Assembly (NCBI RefSeq): GCF_018977255.1
Contig: NW_024704742.1
Span: forward strand, 119,352,001-119,416,000
Reading direction: 5' to 3'
Length of the DNA stretch: 64,000 bases
Source: Callorhinchus milii
Lineage: Eukaryota
A program made the position numbers and the translations under genes. Below the pieces are notes generated by a model. The model ran no database searches. It was not told the origin of the DNA and saw nothing but the letters and a program-made list of their open reading frames with translations. Of the stretch, positions 62,960 through 64,000 are shown in pieces. How positions within the stretch are numbered: the stretch's first letter is position 1; each line of letters begins with the position of its first letter.

Positions 62960-63815
62960 CTTGGACCTTGGACTCATTTACAACACAACTCAATGCTGTG
63001 ATAAGGAGAGTGGGTAGGTATTCTGGAAGGATGAGATCAAATGGGTTGAAGGCTTTCTTTATCCAAGCCAATCGTGTGATCTTGTAAGGCAAAGGGATTT
63101 GAGAAAAGAGTTCCAGAGCTTGGAGGCAAAGTGTCGGAAAGCTCACCCACCATTGATGAGGTGGAGCGAGCAGGGGCATAAAGGAGATGTCAGAGCAGAG
63201 GGAGTTGCCTGGGGTGGGGGTGGTGAGATTAGAGCCACGGGAGATTGCAGAGGAATTGTGAGGCAATACTGTGGAGGCATTTGGAAGTAAGAACAAGGTT
63301 CTTAATGTTGATCCACTGGAGGCTAGAGAACTAGTGGAACTGGGTGAGGATGGGAGTGATGGATCCTAATGTGGGAGAGAATACAGCCTGCAGAGTTCTG
63401 GATGGTCTGGTGTTTGTGGAGGATAGAGCTGAGGAGGTCAATGAGCAGGCCATTGATGAAGTCAAGGCTGGAGGAGACAAAAGTGTAAACAACAACAACA
63501 AGATTACATTTGTATAGGGCTCTTCACGTCGGGAGAATGTCCCAGGGTGCTGTAAATGAGGTGTTTCGCTACATTGGGGGTGAAACAGTGATAGTGGTGG
63601 GTGATGTTGCAGAGATGGAGAAAAGTGGACTTGGTCAAAGGTCAGAAAGGTTTGAAGGAGTGCCGAATAAACACCAGGATCACGGGCTCTGTGAGTTGGC
63701 AAGCGCAATTGGGGAGTCCAGCATGTAAAATGAAGAGCCATGCAGGATAGCTCAGTTTTTTCTATGCTGAGAAGGTTACGACTCATCCGGAACTTGATGT
63801 ATGACAGGCGATCAG
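62960..63815 (-). mobile_element. Decayed L2 fragment with a nested short L2 3' tail at ~63488-63550
   Basis: cacccaccattgatg, gcagagttctggatg and gaagtcaaggctggag are L2 3' segments. aacaacaacaagattacatttgtatagggctcttcacgtcgggag is a second tail. Confidence 0.7.
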
Positions 63816-63841
63816 TCAGAACAGCAGTGGTCCCGGAACTG

Positions 63842-64000
63842 ATGATAATAATAATAATAATAATCCTTGCATTTGATATAGCACATTTCATATCTTCTAG
63901 ACGTCTCAAAGTGCTTCACAGGATATACTGTAAAGTGAATTGACTGGATATTTGTGGTGAAACGCAGCAGCCAATCGCGCACAGCAGTGTCCCACAAACA
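63842..64000 (-). mobile_element. SINE 3' part, cut by the window edge
   Basis: (aat)nccttgcatttgatatagcac...gcagccaatcgcgcacagcagtgtcccacaaaca. Confidence 0.85.

Overview
Eukaryotic, repeat-rich, non-coding (intergenic or intronic) DNA. The repeat content (L2 and CR1 LINE fragments, DeuSINE/SacSINE1-like SINEs, a tRNA-headed SINE sharing the L2 3' tail) suggests a cartilaginous fish, possibly a holocephalan; this is an inference. No host protein-coding exon could be recognised, and almost all ORFs in the supplied track are LINE fragments, their antisense shadows or noise. The exception is a ~4.8-kb island at 48416-53191. It is bounded by imperfect ~135-150 bp terminal inverted repeats ending 5'-AGCAGCAG...CTGCTGCT-3' and contains two convergent blocks of decayed genes. 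On the + strand: a Cys-rich Zn-finger ORF, the N-terminal part of a putative protein-primed DNA polymerase with an OTU-like Cys/His pair, a possible major-capsid remnant and a minor-capsid-like gene. On the - strand: a tail-fibre-repeat gene, an XkdW-like gene and a hydrophobic protein carrying a PSAPPLY late-domain motif. I interpret it as an old, internally deleted endogenous Polinton/Maverick-like (adintovirus-like) dsDNA virus. Secondary observations include a patchwork of locally templated copies at 42.5-43.1 kb, a fold-back SINE hairpin, a candidate non-autonomous Helitron and two unassigned SINE-like families. All alignments and translations were done by eye, and family names come from memory, not from database searches. 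Most repeat boundaries are approximate (about +/-20 bp).
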